Shown in pieces: positions 39,336-49,432 of a stretch of 52,892 bases of DNA. The stretch lies in NCBI GenBank assembly GCA_043763155.1, contig JAYULW010000007.1, positions 1-52,892 on the forward strand, read 5' to 3'. The notes below the pieces were generated by a model, which made no database searches, was not told the origin of the DNA, and was given only the letters and a program-made list of their open reading frames with translations. Made by a program: the position numbers and the translations under genes. Origin of the DNA: Alphaproteobacteria bacterium. Lineage in GTDB: Bacteria; Pseudomonadota; Alphaproteobacteria; Rickettsiales; SXRF01. Each line of letters opens with the position of its first letter. Positions within the stretch are counted from its first letter, which is position 1.

Positions 39336-40028
39336 TTATTTTACGTGCTTCTTTAAGAACGCATTCGCCGCGCGAATCCCGTCCATGTCAATGCTATGGC
39401 CCAAAAATGGCCGCGCATGCACTTCCACATCCACCCCTTGCGCCTTCAGGCTTTCCACCGCGTGCTTTTGCGCGGCAAACGGCACCACGTCATCGGCTTC
39501 CCCGTGAATCAGGCAAATCGGCGGCTTGGCCTTAATCTCCGAAGCCAGCACCTCCGCCCCCACCAGCGCGCCTGAGAACCCCACCACTGCCGCAATCTGC
39601 GGTTCGCGGCGCAGCGCCAGATGCAGCGCCGTCATCGTTCCTTGCGAAAACCCGATCAGGATCAGCTTGCTGTCATCCAGCTGCAAATCATGCAGCGCGT
39701 GGTCAATAAAGTGATTGAGAATATCCACCGCCTTATTCGCTCCCTCCAGCATATGCTGGGGCTGGCGGTCGGTCAGCGAAAACCACTGATACCCGTACGG
39801 GTTCACTTCACACACGAACGGCGCGTTGGGCGCCACGAAAATCGCATCCGGCAGCGTCGCCGAAAATTCATCGGCCAGATCAATCATGTTCGGGCCGTCC
39901 GCGCCCCACCCATGCAGCAAAAGCACCAGCTGTTTCGCCGGGCCACCCGAAGCAGGCCTGCGTGCGGGGCCGGAAATATGCGGCAAAGAATGATCGTGCA
40001 TGGGAAGTATCCTTTCGTTGTGATGCAA
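39336..40028 (-). CDS. Phospholipase/carboxylesterase (alpha/beta hydrolase)
   Basis: LLHGWG, GFSQG nucleophile elbow, HGEADDVV, LGHSI; start 40028 or 40001. Confidence 0.92.
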   Translation of the reverse strand: MHHNERILPMHDHSLPHISGPARRPASGGPAKQLVLLLHGWGADGPNMIDLADEFSATLPDAIFVAPNAPFVCEVNPYGYQWFSLTDRQPQHMLEGANKAVDILNHFIDHALHDLQLDDSKLILIGFSQGTMTALHLALRREPQIAAVVGFSGALVGAEVLASEIKAKPPICLIHGEADDVVPFAAQKHAVESLKAQGVDVEVHARPFLGHSIDMDGIRAANAFLKKHVK

Positions 40029-40081
40029 TATCTATATTTTTATAGCCCAGCGGGTCAAGCATCATATATAACCAGTCCCCT

Positions 40082-42916
40082 ATGACTAAACGCCTCTACC
40101 TCATTGATGGCTCCGGCTTCATCTTCCGCGCCTACCACGCCCTTCCCCCGCTCAGCAACCCGCAAGGCGTGCCGGTTGGCGCGGTGTACGGTTTCGTGAA
40201 CATGCTCATGAAACTGCTGGAAAATAACAATCATGATTGCGTGGCCGTGGTCTTCGACGCCGCCCGCCACACCTTCCGCAACCGGATTTACGCCGAATAC
40301 AAAGCCCACCGCCCCCCTGCGCCCGACGACCTCATCCCCCAGTTCGCCCTCATCCGCGAAGCCACCGACGCCATGAACATTGCCCGCATTGAGCTGGACG
40401 ATTACGAAGCCGACGACATCATCGCCACCTACGCAACGATTGCGCAAACCGAAGGCACCGAAGTCACCATCGTCTCCTCCGACAAAGACCTGATGCAGCT
40501 CATCAGGCCCGGCGTCAGCATGTACGACGCCATGAAAAACAAAACCATCGGTGAGGCCGAAGTGCTGGAAAAATTCGGCGTAGCCCCCAATAAGGTATTA
40601 GAGGTGCAATCCCTCATCGGCGACAGCTCCGACAACGTCCCCGGCGTTCCCGGCATCGGCCCCAAAACCGCCGCCGAACTCATCACCCAGTTTAATACGC
40701 TCGAAGAATTGCTGGAGCGCGTGGCCGAAATCAAACAGCCCAAGCGCCGCGAAAGCCTCATCCAATACGCCGAGCAAGCCCGCATCTCCAAACAACTCAT
40801 CGCCCTCAAAACCGACGTTCCCCTGCCCCACTACGATAACCTCTGCAAGCGCGAGCTGGAGCCGGAAAAACTCTACGCCTTCCTCACCAAACAGGGCTTC
40901 AAATCCCTCGTGGGCCGCCTGCGCACCAAATATGAACTCCCCGAAACCCTGCCTGTCGAGGCCTACACGCCCGCCGAAACCACCCCCATCCGCAACACCA
41001 CCGCCTATGGCAGCACCCCCGCACCCAAAGCCGAAGCCCCCGCCCACGTCGAGAAAAACTACAGCATCCTGCGCACCGAAGCCGAACTCGCCCAGTGGAT
41101 AGACCGCGCAGCCGCCAAAGGCTTCGTCGCGTTCGACACCGAAACAACATCGGTGAGTGCCATGATCGCCGAACTCGTCGGCTTCTCACTATCTATGGAA
41201 CCCGGCATTGCTGCCTATGTGCCCCTCGCCCATGTCACGGGCAGCGCCGCACCCGCCCAGGGCAGCATGTTCGACGACACCCCCGCCACCGGCAAGTCGC
41301 TGGCCGAAGGCCAGATCCCCATGGATACCGCCCTTCGCCTCCTGAAACCCCTGCTCGAAGACGAATCCGTCCTCAAAATCGGCCACAACATCAAATACGA
41401 CCTCATGGTCATGCGCAATTGTGGCATCGCTATAAAGAGTGTCGAAGACAGCCAGCTCCTTTCTTACGTATTGCATGCGGGCGAACACGGCCACGGCATG
41501 GACGAACTCGCCCAGCTCTATTTGAATTACACCACCATCAGCTACAACGACGTCACCGGAACCGGCAAAGCCAAACTCCGCTTCGACGAAGTGGACATTG
41601 AAAAAGCAGCCACATACGCCGCCGAAGACGCCGACATCACCCTTCGCCTCTATAATCTTTTCAAACCTCAGGTTGTCGCCGAAAAGCTTTTAAGCGTGTA
41701 CGACGTCATGGAACGCCCCCTCATCCATGTGCTGGGAAACATGGAATATGCAGGCATCAAAGTGGACAAGGCCCAGCTCGTTGGCCTCTCCGCCGATTTC
41801 GCCGCCCGCATGGAAGAATATGTGCGCGATATTTACGCCCTCGCCGGAACCGAATTCAACGTCGGCTCCCCTAAACAGCTTGGCGAGATTTTGTTCGACA
41901 AAATGCAACTCCCCGGCGGCAAAAAATCCGCCAAAACCGGAGCCTACACCACCGACAGCGAAGTATTGGAATCCTTGGCCGAACAAGGCCACACCCTGCC
42001 CGCCAAAATCATCGAATGGCGCCAGCTCGCCAAGCTCAAAAGCACCTACACCGACGCGCTGGACAAGCAAATTGACCCCAAAACAGGCCGCGTCCATACC
42101 TGCTACTCCATGGCCATCGCAAGCACCGGGCGCTTAAGCTCCACCGACCCCAACCTGCAAAACATCCCCATCCGCACCATCGAGGGCAAAAAAATCCGTC
42201 AGGCCTTCATCTCCGAACCCGGCTTTTCCCTCCTCTCCGCCGATTATTCCCAGATCGAGCTGCGCCTGCTGGCCCACATCGCCGACATTCCCACACTGAA
42301 GGAAGCCTTCCGCGAAGGTCGCGACATCCACGCCATCACCGCCAGCCAGATGTTCGGCGTCGCCCTTGAAAACGTGGATTCGGACCTCCGCCGCAAAGCC
42401 AAAACCATCAATTTCGGCATCATCTACGGCATTTCCGCCCACGGCCTTGCCACCCGCTTAGGCATTGACCGCAAAGAAGCCGCCACCTACATCGAACATT
42501 ATTTCGCCCAATACCCCGGCATCAAAGCCTACATGGAAAAGGCCAAGGAAGAAGCCCGTGAGTTCGGCTACGTTACCACCCTGTTTGGCCGCCGTGTACA
42601 CTTGCCCGGCATCAAATCCGGCAACGGCGCGGTGCGCCAGTTCTCCGAGCGCGCCGCCATCAACGCCCCCCTGCAAGGCACCGCCGCCGACATCATCAAA
42701 CGCGCCATGGTGACGGCCGCCCGCAAAATCAAACCCATGGGCGACGATGTGCGTATGCTCTTGCAGGTCCACGACGAATTGGTCTTTGAAATCCGTGAAA
42801 ACGCCGTAGAAACCGCGCTCCCCCTCATCAAACAGTCCATGGAACAAGCTGCCGAGCTATCTGTGCCGCTCACCGTGGAAACCGGGGTCGGAAAGCATTG
42901 GGGCGACGCGCATTAG
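40082..42916 (+). CDS. polA: DNA polymerase I
   Basis: 5'-3' exo (IDGSGFIFRAYHA, GDSSDNVPGV), 3'-5' exo (FDTET, HNIKYD, YAAEDAD), pol motifs DYSQIELR, KTINFGIIYG, QVHDEL. Confidence 0.99.
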   Translation: MTKRLYLIDGSGFIFRAYHALPPLSNPQGVPVGAVYGFVNMLMKLLENNNHDCVAVVFDAARHTFRNRIYAEYKAHRPPAPDDLIPQFALIREATDAMNIARIELDDYEADDIIATYATIAQTEGTEVTIVSSDKDLMQLIRPGVSMYDAMKNKTIGEAEVLEKFGVAPNKVLEVQSLIGDSSDNVPGVPGIGPKTAAELITQFNTLEELLERVAEIKQPKRRESLIQYAEQARISKQLIALKTDVPLPHYDNLCKRELEPEKLYAFLTKQGFKSLVGRLRTKYELPETLPVEAYTPAETTPIRNTTAYGSTPAPKAEAPAHVEKNYSILRTEAELAQWIDRAAAKGFVAFDTETTSVSAMIAELVGFSLSMEPGIAAYVPLAHVTGSAAPAQGSMFDDTPATGKSLAEGQIPMDTALRLLKPLLEDESVLKIGHNIKYDLMVMRNCGIAIKSVEDSQLLSYVLHAGEHGHGMDELAQLYLNYTTISYNDVTGTGKAKLRFDEVDIEKAATYAAEDADITLRLYNLFKPQVVAEKLLSVYDVMERPLIHVLGNMEYAGIKVDKAQLVGLSADFAARMEEYVRDIYALAGTEFNVGSPKQLGEILFDKMQLPGGKKSAKTGAYTTDSEVLESLAEQGHTLPAKIIEWRQLAKLKSTYTDALDKQIDPKTGRVHTCYSMAIASTGRLSSTDPNLQNIPIRTIEGKKIRQAFISEPGFSLLSADYSQIELRLLAHIADIPTLKEAFREGRDIHAITASQMFGVALENVDSDLRRKAKTINFGIIYGISAHGLATRLGIDRKEAATYIEHYFAQYPGIKAYMEKAKEEAREFGYVTTLFGRRVHLPGIKSGNGAVRQFSERAAINAPLQGTAADIIKRAMVTAARKIKPMGDDVRMLLQVHDELVFEIRENAVETALPLIKQSMEQAAELSVPLTVETGVGKHWGDAH

Positions 42917-43007
42917 CACTGGACTTGAGCGGATTTTCGTGGCAAATCATGTGGCTAATATATTACACCGCTGGACTATTTAGCGTTTCCTAAAGGATAA
43001 AAAAACA

Positions 43008-44432
43008 TTGTCATCGCCCGACGCCGCAGCATTTCGCGCCAAGCTAAAAAACGTTATTATCTCCGGTAAAGAAGTCGCCCCCATTGTCGAAGGCGGCAAA
43101 GGCGTGGCCGTAACGAACGGCTACACCGCTGGCGCATTCGCCGCCGCAGGGGCCGTGGGCACCTTCTCCGGCGTGAATGCCGACACGTTCGACGAAAACG
43201 GCAAAGCCATCCCCTACACCTATAAAGCCACCACCCGCCGCGAGCGCCACGAAGAGCTGATCGTGCAATCCTCACGCGGTGCCATCCAGCAAGCAAAAAT
43301 TGCCCATGAAGTGGCAGGCGGCAAAGGCCGCATTCACATGAACGTGCTGTGGGAAATGGGCGCGTGCGAACGCATCCTCACCGAAACGCTCGAAGGCGCA
43401 AAAGGCCTCATCCACGGCATCACCTGCGGCGCAGGCATGCCCTACCGCCTCGGCGACATCGCCGCCCATTACGGCGTGTACTACCACCCCATCATTTCCT
43501 CCGCCCGCGCCTTCAACGCGCTCTGGAAACGCTCCTACAGCAAAACCTCCGAATGGCTTGGCTCCGTAGTATACGAAGACCCCTGGCTCGCTGGCGGCCA
43601 TAACGGCCTGTCCAACGGCGAAGACCCCAACAAGCCAGAAGACCCCTACCCCCGCGTGGCCGCGCTTCGCGCCGCCATGAACGGTTTCGGCCTGCAAAAA
43701 ACCCCCATCATCATGGCCGGCGGCGCATGGCATTTGAAAGAGTGGGAACACTGGCTCGATAACCCCGAAATCGGCGAAATCGCCTTCCAGTTCGGCACCC
43801 GCCCCATCCTCACCAAGGAAAGCCCCGTCACCGACGAGTGGAAGCTGAAGCTCATGCACCTTGAAGAAGGCGACGTATTCCTGAACCGCTTCTCGCCCAC
43901 GGGCTTTTATTCCTCCGCCGTCAATAACAGCTTCATCGGCGAACTCCGTGGCCGCTCCGAGCGCCAGGTCGAGTACCGCACCGAACAGGAAGGCCTCTTC
44001 TCCGAGCCGCTTCCCGTGGGCGCGCGTGGCCGCCCTGTGTTCCTCCAGCCCGACGACAAAGCCCGCGCCGACGCGTGGAAAGCCCAAGGCTTCGACGAAC
44101 CCATGAAAACCCCCGACTCCACCCTCATCTTCGTCACCCCCCCGCAAAGCAAGCAGATTGTGATTGATCAGGTGGATTGCATGGGCTGCCTCAGCCATTG
44201 CCGCTTCAGCAACTGGAAAGACCACGACGATTACACCACCGGCAAGCGCGCCGACCCTCGCAGCTTCTGCATCCAGAAAACCCTGCAGGATGTCGCCCAC
44301 GGCGCAGGCATTGATAATGAGCTGATGTTCTCCGGCCACAACGCCTACCGTTTCAAGAACGATCCGTTCTACAAAGGTAACTACGTGCCAAGCATCGGTG
44401 AATTGGTCGAGCGTATCCTGACCGGATACTAG
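43008..44432 (+). CDS. Nitronate-monooxygenase/FabK-like flavoenzyme with Cys cluster (FabX-like)
   Basis: PIVEGGKG, CGAGMP, YEDPWLAGGHNG, AGG, QFGTR, CMGCLSHC...FCI; TTG start with AAGGA SD. Confidence 0.8.
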   Translation: MSSPDAAAFRAKLKNVIISGKEVAPIVEGGKGVAVTNGYTAGAFAAAGAVGTFSGVNADTFDENGKAIPYTYKATTRRERHEELIVQSSRGAIQQAKIAHEVAGGKGRIHMNVLWEMGACERILTETLEGAKGLIHGITCGAGMPYRLGDIAAHYGVYYHPIISSARAFNALWKRSYSKTSEWLGSVVYEDPWLAGGHNGLSNGEDPNKPEDPYPRVAALRAAMNGFGLQKTPIIMAGGAWHLKEWEHWLDNPEIGEIAFQFGTRPILTKESPVTDEWKLKLMHLEEGDVFLNRFSPTGFYSSAVNNSFIGELRGRSERQVEYRTEQEGLFSEPLPVGARGRPVFLQPDDKARADAWKAQGFDEPMKTPDSTLIFVTPPQSKQIVIDQVDCMGCLSHCRFSNWKDHDDYTTGKRADPRSFCIQKTLQDVAHGAGIDNELMFSGHNAYRFKNDPFYKGNYVPSIGELVERILTGY

Positions 44433-45526
44433 CTAATAGGCGCGGCGATCAGCGTGCCCTTTTCCGTATTCCGGTATTCTGTAGGCGACTGCCCCACCTT
44501 TGTCTTGAACACGCGGTTAAACGACGCAATCGAGTTGAACCCTACTTCAAACCCAATGACCGTGATCTGCGTGTTTTCACTGCGCAACCGCAGCTTCGCC
44601 TCGTCAATACGGTACGTGTTCAAAAGCTCATTGAAGTTCTTGTCGAAATGGCGGTTGATCACCCGCGAAAGCTGGTACTCGCCAATCCCCACCATCTCCG
44701 CAAGCGTGGCCCTGTTCAGGCGCATCTGCCGGTAAATTTTGTCGCGCTCCAGCAGGTCAATAATCTTATTCGCATGCTGCTTGTCCACGTCGGGGTTGTA
44801 GGTCTGCCCGCTCGCCCCCATCGTCATCACCTGTATCGCAAGTCCGGGGTAAAACACCCGGAACAATGAGGTGAGAACCAGATAAATAAAAGTAAGCCGG
44901 AACATAGTCGCCACAAACAGCGCATCCTCAGGACTGATGCGCCCCATCAGGCGCGCCATATCAATAGCCAGCACCAGAAGGTGCAAAAGAATCAGGGTCA
45001 CGATCAGCCAGTATTTATGCCGTTTGATAAGATCGTTGCTGTGCAGCGTGCCCGCGCGCGAAGCATAATAAATCAGCAGCAGGAAAATGAACGACGAACT
45101 GAAGATATGATACAACGTGCGAATGGTTGTGACGTCAAAGCAGGTTTCGTCCGGCGCGCACGCATCGCCGCCCTGCACCATGCCCGCATAAATCAGCGAC
45201 GTGCCGCCCAGAAGCGGAATGGTCAGCACCAGCCAGTAAGGAAGCGATGGCACCCGCCCGCTCATAAACTGGCAAATCAGCAAAAAGCTGAAGGCGGTAA
45301 GTGTACTTTCCCCCACCAGCACCGAGCCTTGAATCAGCTGGCTTTTCATAATCGGCGGATACAGGTCCAGCAGCGGAATGATGAAGCTGCACACCAGCGC
45401 GCCGAAATAGAAGATGGGGATGATAGCCTGGCGGTTGCGGCCCGCTAAAACGCAAAGAAACAGGATCACGAACAGGCACGGGGTAAGCCCGACGAGTTGC
45501 AATGCCTGTGTCAGCGTTAAAAGCAT
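44429..45526 (-). CDS. Membrane-anchored AraC-family transcriptional regulator
   Basis: Seven hydrophobic segments, then LSRVIN..F.K.F.ELLN.YRI and IGFEVGFNSIASFNRVFK HTH. Confidence 0.9.
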   Translation of the reverse strand: MLLTLTQALQLVGLTPCLFVILFLCVLAGRNRQAIIPIFYFGALVCSFIIPLLDLYPPIMKSQLIQGSVLVGESTLTAFSFLLICQFMSGRVPSLPYWLVLTIPLLGGTSLIYAGMVQGGDACAPDETCFDVTTIRTLYHIFSSSFIFLLLIYYASRAGTLHSNDLIKRHKYWLIVTLILLHLLVLAIDMARLMGRISPEDALFVATMFRLTFIYLVLTSLFRVFYPGLAIQVMTMGASGQTYNPDVDKQHANKIIDLLERDKIYRQMRLNRATLAEMVGIGEYQLSRVINRHFDKNFNELLNTYRIDEAKLRLRSENTQITVIGFEVGFNSIASFNRVFKTKVGQSPTEYRNTEKGTLIAAPIS

Positions 45527-45652
45527 TTAGTTAACATTATCCCCGCAATGTGGTTAGCGTATCTAATCATAAAGGCATCATCCTGGCTATAACTTACTAT
45601 ATTTAGTAGCGTAATAGTTAAATCCACACCACTAAATCTTTAATTGCTCTCC

Positions 45653-46453
45653 TTAGTCTGGCTCCTTGCCTTGGGCGTCCGCCCCCGCTTTCGTGTTCTC
45701 CGGCACCGGCAGCATCTTCCCGCCAAATTTTTTCGACGCCTCCAGCTTGCCCAACCGTTCTTTGACGAAATAGGTCATATAGTTGAGGTCGGCCTGCGGA
45801 ATATTTTCTGCGTTATTCTTGATGGTCTCCATGATTTGCAGCGCGTCTTCCATTTCCCCACGCTTCTCATGCACCACCGCCGTCATTTCCCGCGCCCATA
45901 CCGGCACCTTGTCGTTGTTCAGCGGCTGCGCCACCTTCAGCGCCAGGTCCATGTCGTTAAGCTTGTGCGACGCCAGGTAAATGGACTGCAGCAGCCACCA
46001 CCATTTATGCTCCACATCCTTCACCGAATGCTCATACAGGTAATCCACCACATAGCGCACGTCAGGCGTGTTCTGCGTCTGCGCGAAATAATAGGTTGCC
46101 ATGCTGGGTATAATGTTCGACCTGCTGTCCAGCTCGTCCAGCAGCGAAAACCAGTGGTATAATTTGTTGAAATCATAATAGCGCAACGCCGTAAAACGCC
46201 CAAACGTGTCGCCCGCATTTTGCAGCGTAAACGCCATAATACGGAAATAGAACTCATTATCCCCGAACGCCAGCGCATGCAGCGTTTCCCTGCCCGGCAC
46301 CTCAGGCACAATGCCCATATCCGGCTCAATCGTGTGCGTGCGCTGCCAATACCCGATTTGCATCCCAAGGAATAACAGCAGCAGCGCGTATTCGCGAATC
46401 CACTTCTTCACGCATACTTTCTTTTTCATGCCTGCAGCCTGCACCAGCGCCAT
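45653..46453 (-). CDS. Hypothetical N-anchored helical-repeat protein (PilG/XapA-like by inference)
   Basis: One N-terminal TM, TPR-like helices (LLDELDSRS, WWWLLQSIYLA..LNDMDLAL); co-oriented with the ABC-2 permease and secretin. Confidence 0.6.
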   Translation of the reverse strand: MALVQAAGMKKKVCVKKWIREYALLLLFLGMQIGYWQRTHTIEPDMGIVPEVPGRETLHALAFGDNEFYFRIMAFTLQNAGDTFGRFTALRYYDFNKLYHWFSLLDELDSRSNIIPSMATYYFAQTQNTPDVRYVVDYLYEHSVKDVEHKWWWLLQSIYLASHKLNDMDLALKVAQPLNNDKVPVWAREMTAVVHEKRGEMEDALQIMETIKNNAENIPQADLNYMTYFVKERLGKLEASKKFGGKMLPVPENTKAGADAQGKEPD

Positions 46454-46462
46454 ATGCCCTCC

Positions 46463-47224
46463 CTAGAATTGTTTGCGGCGGAAGTCCGCGATGGATGCAA
46501 GCACCAGCAGCGGCACAAAAATCAGCACCTGCACGATGAACATCATCCACTCCTGGTTGCTATTGAACCCATACACCAGCCATTCGCTTTTGGCGAAAAA
46601 ATCCAACCGCGGCACAATGGTCGAAATCCCGACCAGCGCGTATTTCAACACCGTATATTTAGCATCCGTCGCCACCATCCCCGATTGCGACGTAATCACA
46701 AAGAACGCCATCATGCGCGAAAGCACGTAAAAACCCATGGTCGCAATAACCGACGTCACCGCGCTCTTAAGCGTAAATGCCGAAAACAGCGCCAGTGCCA
46801 CCACAAGAAACGTCTCCAGAAGCAGCGAAAGCCCCCAGCCCGCAAACCCCGCCCAGTTGGGAACCCCGATCAGCCCGATCAGCCCCACCACCGGAATGGT
46901 GAGCAATAACGCAACAAACGCAAACCCCAGCCAATACGCGATCACCAAATTAGACCGCGAAATGGGCCGCGACATAATCACGTCAATTTCCTTCGTGTCG
47001 AAAGCGTTGCGAATGTGGAAACACACAAACACAATCAGCCCCACCATCAGGATCAACCGCGCCGAACCCGAAGCGAACGTAAGCGTCATCTCCTGTTTTT
47101 CTAAAAACGCAGTGCTGCCCAGCGTCGCGGAAATCCCCACCGCCAGCAAAATTCCCGCCAAAAGCCCGATAAACAGCCAGTCGCGCAACGCAGTAATAAG
47201 GATGTAACGAATATTCGTAAGCAT
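46463..47224 (-). CDS. ABC-2-type permease (PilI/GldF-like)
   Basis: Six TM segments, EIDVIMSRPISRSNLVIAYWLG motif. Confidence 0.82.
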   Translation of the reverse strand: MLTNIRYILITALRDWLFIGLLAGILLAVGISATLGSTAFLEKQEMTLTFASGSARLILMVGLIVFVCFHIRNAFDTKEIDVIMSRPISRSNLVIAYWLGFAFVALLLTIPVVGLIGLIGVPNWAGFAGWGLSLLLETFLVVALALFSAFTLKSAVTSVIATMGFYVLSRMMAFFVITSQSGMVATDAKYTVLKYALVGISTIVPRLDFFAKSEWLVYGFNSNQEWMMFIVQVLIFVPLLVLASIADFRRKQF

Positions 47225-47235
47225 GGTCTACCTCG

Positions 47236-49335
47236 TTAGAATTTCAAAGGATCAGGGTCTTGGATGAATTTATTATAGAGCGCCTTGTCAGAGTCGGTGG
47301 CATTGCCGTGCGTGCTTGCGATGGTCGCGCGAATGAAAATAATCAGCTCTTTCTTGCTGTTGACCTTGTCCACCGACTTGAATAAATTCCCGAAATACGG
47401 CACGCGGCTCACGCCCGGAACGCCGCTGTCAGTATTGGAAATCTGATCTTCCAGCAACCCGCCGATCACCATCACCTGCCCACTCTTCACCTTCAGGATC
47501 GAGTCCAGCTCGCGCGTTTCAATCTGCGGCACTTTGCTATCCGTGTTTTTAATTTTCTCAATCAAATCCGCATTCGCCGCGCTGGTAGTAAGATTGTTTA
47601 GCGCCACCGCCACCTGAATCGGGAAGCTTGGGTCCAGCACAAACTGCGTCACCCGTGTAAGCGTAGGCCGCACCGCCAGCGTAATTTCGTCCGTATCCTT
47701 ATTAATGGTCGGCTGCAATGAAAGCAAAATGCCCACGGGCGCTTTATTTTCTTCGCTGTTCACTTCAATAATCGCAGGCGTTCCTTGCGCGCCACCCGTG
47801 CCCGGCACCGCCGCCGTCACCTTGATGTTCACTTTGAAATACACGATGTTTTCCGCAAATGTCAGCACCGCCTGCTGGTTATTCATCGCGTTCAAACGCG
47901 GGCTGGAAAGCGCGCGCGACGTGCCAAACTCATCAAGCAACCGCACCGCCGCCGACAAATCCACACCCGACCCAAACAGCTTATTGGACAGGACCGTAAT
48001 ATTACCCGGTGTCACCGCTGCGCTGGTTGATTTCACAGTGTCGAACGCGCCTGAGAACGCAACGTCGCCAAGCGCGAATTTGCTCCAGTTGATACCGCTC
48101 TGGTAATGGTCGTTCAGCGTCACTTCCACGATCTTTGCTTCAATCAGCACCTGCGACGACGCGTTAGATTCGATCTCTTTAAGGAAACGGCGGATAATTT
48201 CGTGTTGGCGCTCGCTCGCCGAAACCATCAGCGTGCCCGCCTGCCGGTTCAGGCTGTAAAATGTACCCTGCACCGCTTCTTCAGGCGCAGCCGCAGCAGC
48301 AGGCGCAGCCACCGGAGTTGGCGGTGGGGGCGCAACTGGCACAGGTGGGGGCGCAGGTGCGGGCGCAGCACTCTTTGTGGCATCCGGGTCAATGCCTGTA
48401 GCCGCCGCTGCTGCCGCGGCAGGCGTTGCCGTATCCGCAGCTCCCGCAGCAGCCGGCGCAGGCGTAGGCGTGTAAGCAGGTGTAGGCGTGTAAGCAGGTG
48501 TAGGCTGCGCCGCAATCGTGGTAAGCGATGTCATGCGCACCGGTTTATACGAAAGAATCTGCTTGATGCTGTCATCAAACTTCAGCCAGAAATCGCTCTT
48601 GGATTCGAGCGTGATGTTCGAGCTGGAACTGTTGCTGGTCGAGCCGCCTGCGCTTCCGCTGCTTGTGCTGCCCGCCGAAGCGCCGGTGCCGCTGCTGGTC
48701 GTGCCGCCCGCCGCACCACCGCCCGCCGAGCTAAGCCCGATGGAGCTGTTGGAGCTACGGTCAATATTCAGCATATCCAGCGTATAGGTCTGGATGTAGG
48801 GCGTATCGCGCTCCACGCGCAGCACACCGTTTTTCACCGTGTAGCGCAAGCCCGCAAGATCGGAAATACGCTCGATCACTTCATTGAACGGCCTGTCTTT
48901 CGCGCGGAAACTCACCCCGCCCGTAATGCCCGCATCTACTTCGATATCCACATCCGCAAGGCGTGCGAGTTCGATTAAAACATCCTTCAGCGGCACATCG
49001 TCCGACACCGCAATCGAAACCAGCTGCGTCGCCCCGATTTTCGGGGGCTTGGGCGCGGCCAGGATGTCTGCCAGTTCCGGCACGGGCGGCTCCGAAACAG
49101 CGGCCGTAATGTTCAGATCCGTTTTGCTGGGGTCAGGAATTTTGCCCGCGGGGGGCATCTGCAAATCTTTCAGGTCGCGCGTTTTTTCGTAATCGTCGCG
49201 GCTGAGTCCGCCCACCGGGTCAATCAGGTCCGCCTTGTCGGAAAAGGCGCTTTTGGAGTCGTCGGTGCAACTCACCGCAAAAAACATGCAGCTCCCGAGA
49301 CATAATATCGCACTAATCCGTTTGAAGCCGTTCAT
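47236..49335 (-). CDS. MshL-like secretin (type IV pilus/T2SS outer-membrane channel) with lipobox
   Basis: Lipobox AVS-C; STN-like N-domain; QVLIEAKIVEV, SSPRL, SGQVMVIGGL, VPYFGNLFK, KELIIFI; Ser/Gly and Pro/Ala inserts. Confidence 0.9.
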   Translation of the reverse strand: MNGFKRISAILCLGSCMFFAVSCTDDSKSAFSDKADLIDPVGGLSRDDYEKTRDLKDLQMPPAGKIPDPSKTDLNITAAVSEPPVPELADILAAPKPPKIGATQLVSIAVSDDVPLKDVLIELARLADVDIEVDAGITGGVSFRAKDRPFNEVIERISDLAGLRYTVKNGVLRVERDTPYIQTYTLDMLNIDRSSNSSIGLSSAGGGAAGGTTSSGTGASAGSTSSGSAGGSTSNSSSSNITLESKSDFWLKFDDSIKQILSYKPVRMTSLTTIAAQPTPAYTPTPAYTPTPAPAAAGAADTATPAAAAAAATGIDPDATKSAAPAPAPPPVPVAPPPPTPVAAPAAAAAPEEAVQGTFYSLNRQAGTLMVSASERQHEIIRRFLKEIESNASSQVLIEAKIVEVTLNDHYQSGINWSKFALGDVAFSGAFDTVKSTSAAVTPGNITVLSNKLFGSGVDLSAAVRLLDEFGTSRALSSPRLNAMNNQQAVLTFAENIVYFKVNIKVTAAVPGTGGAQGTPAIIEVNSEENKAPVGILLSLQPTINKDTDEITLAVRPTLTRVTQFVLDPSFPIQVAVALNNLTTSAANADLIEKIKNTDSKVPQIETRELDSILKVKSGQVMVIGGLLEDQISNTDSGVPGVSRVPYFGNLFKSVDKVNSKKELIIFIRATIASTHGNATDSDKALYNKFIQDPDPLKF
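48465..48505. repeat. 18-bp tandem repeat (about 2.3 copies) encoding TPAYTP in the secretin
   Basis: TAGGCGTGTAAGCAGGTG twice, then TAGGC. Confidence 0.85.
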
Positions 49336-49432
49336 AACCTGTTACAGGCGCGCCCTCCAGCAAAACCGCTACATATGGCGGGTGTAAACCCTACTATACC
49401 ACAACAATTAGCGTTTGCACCCGGAAAGCCCG

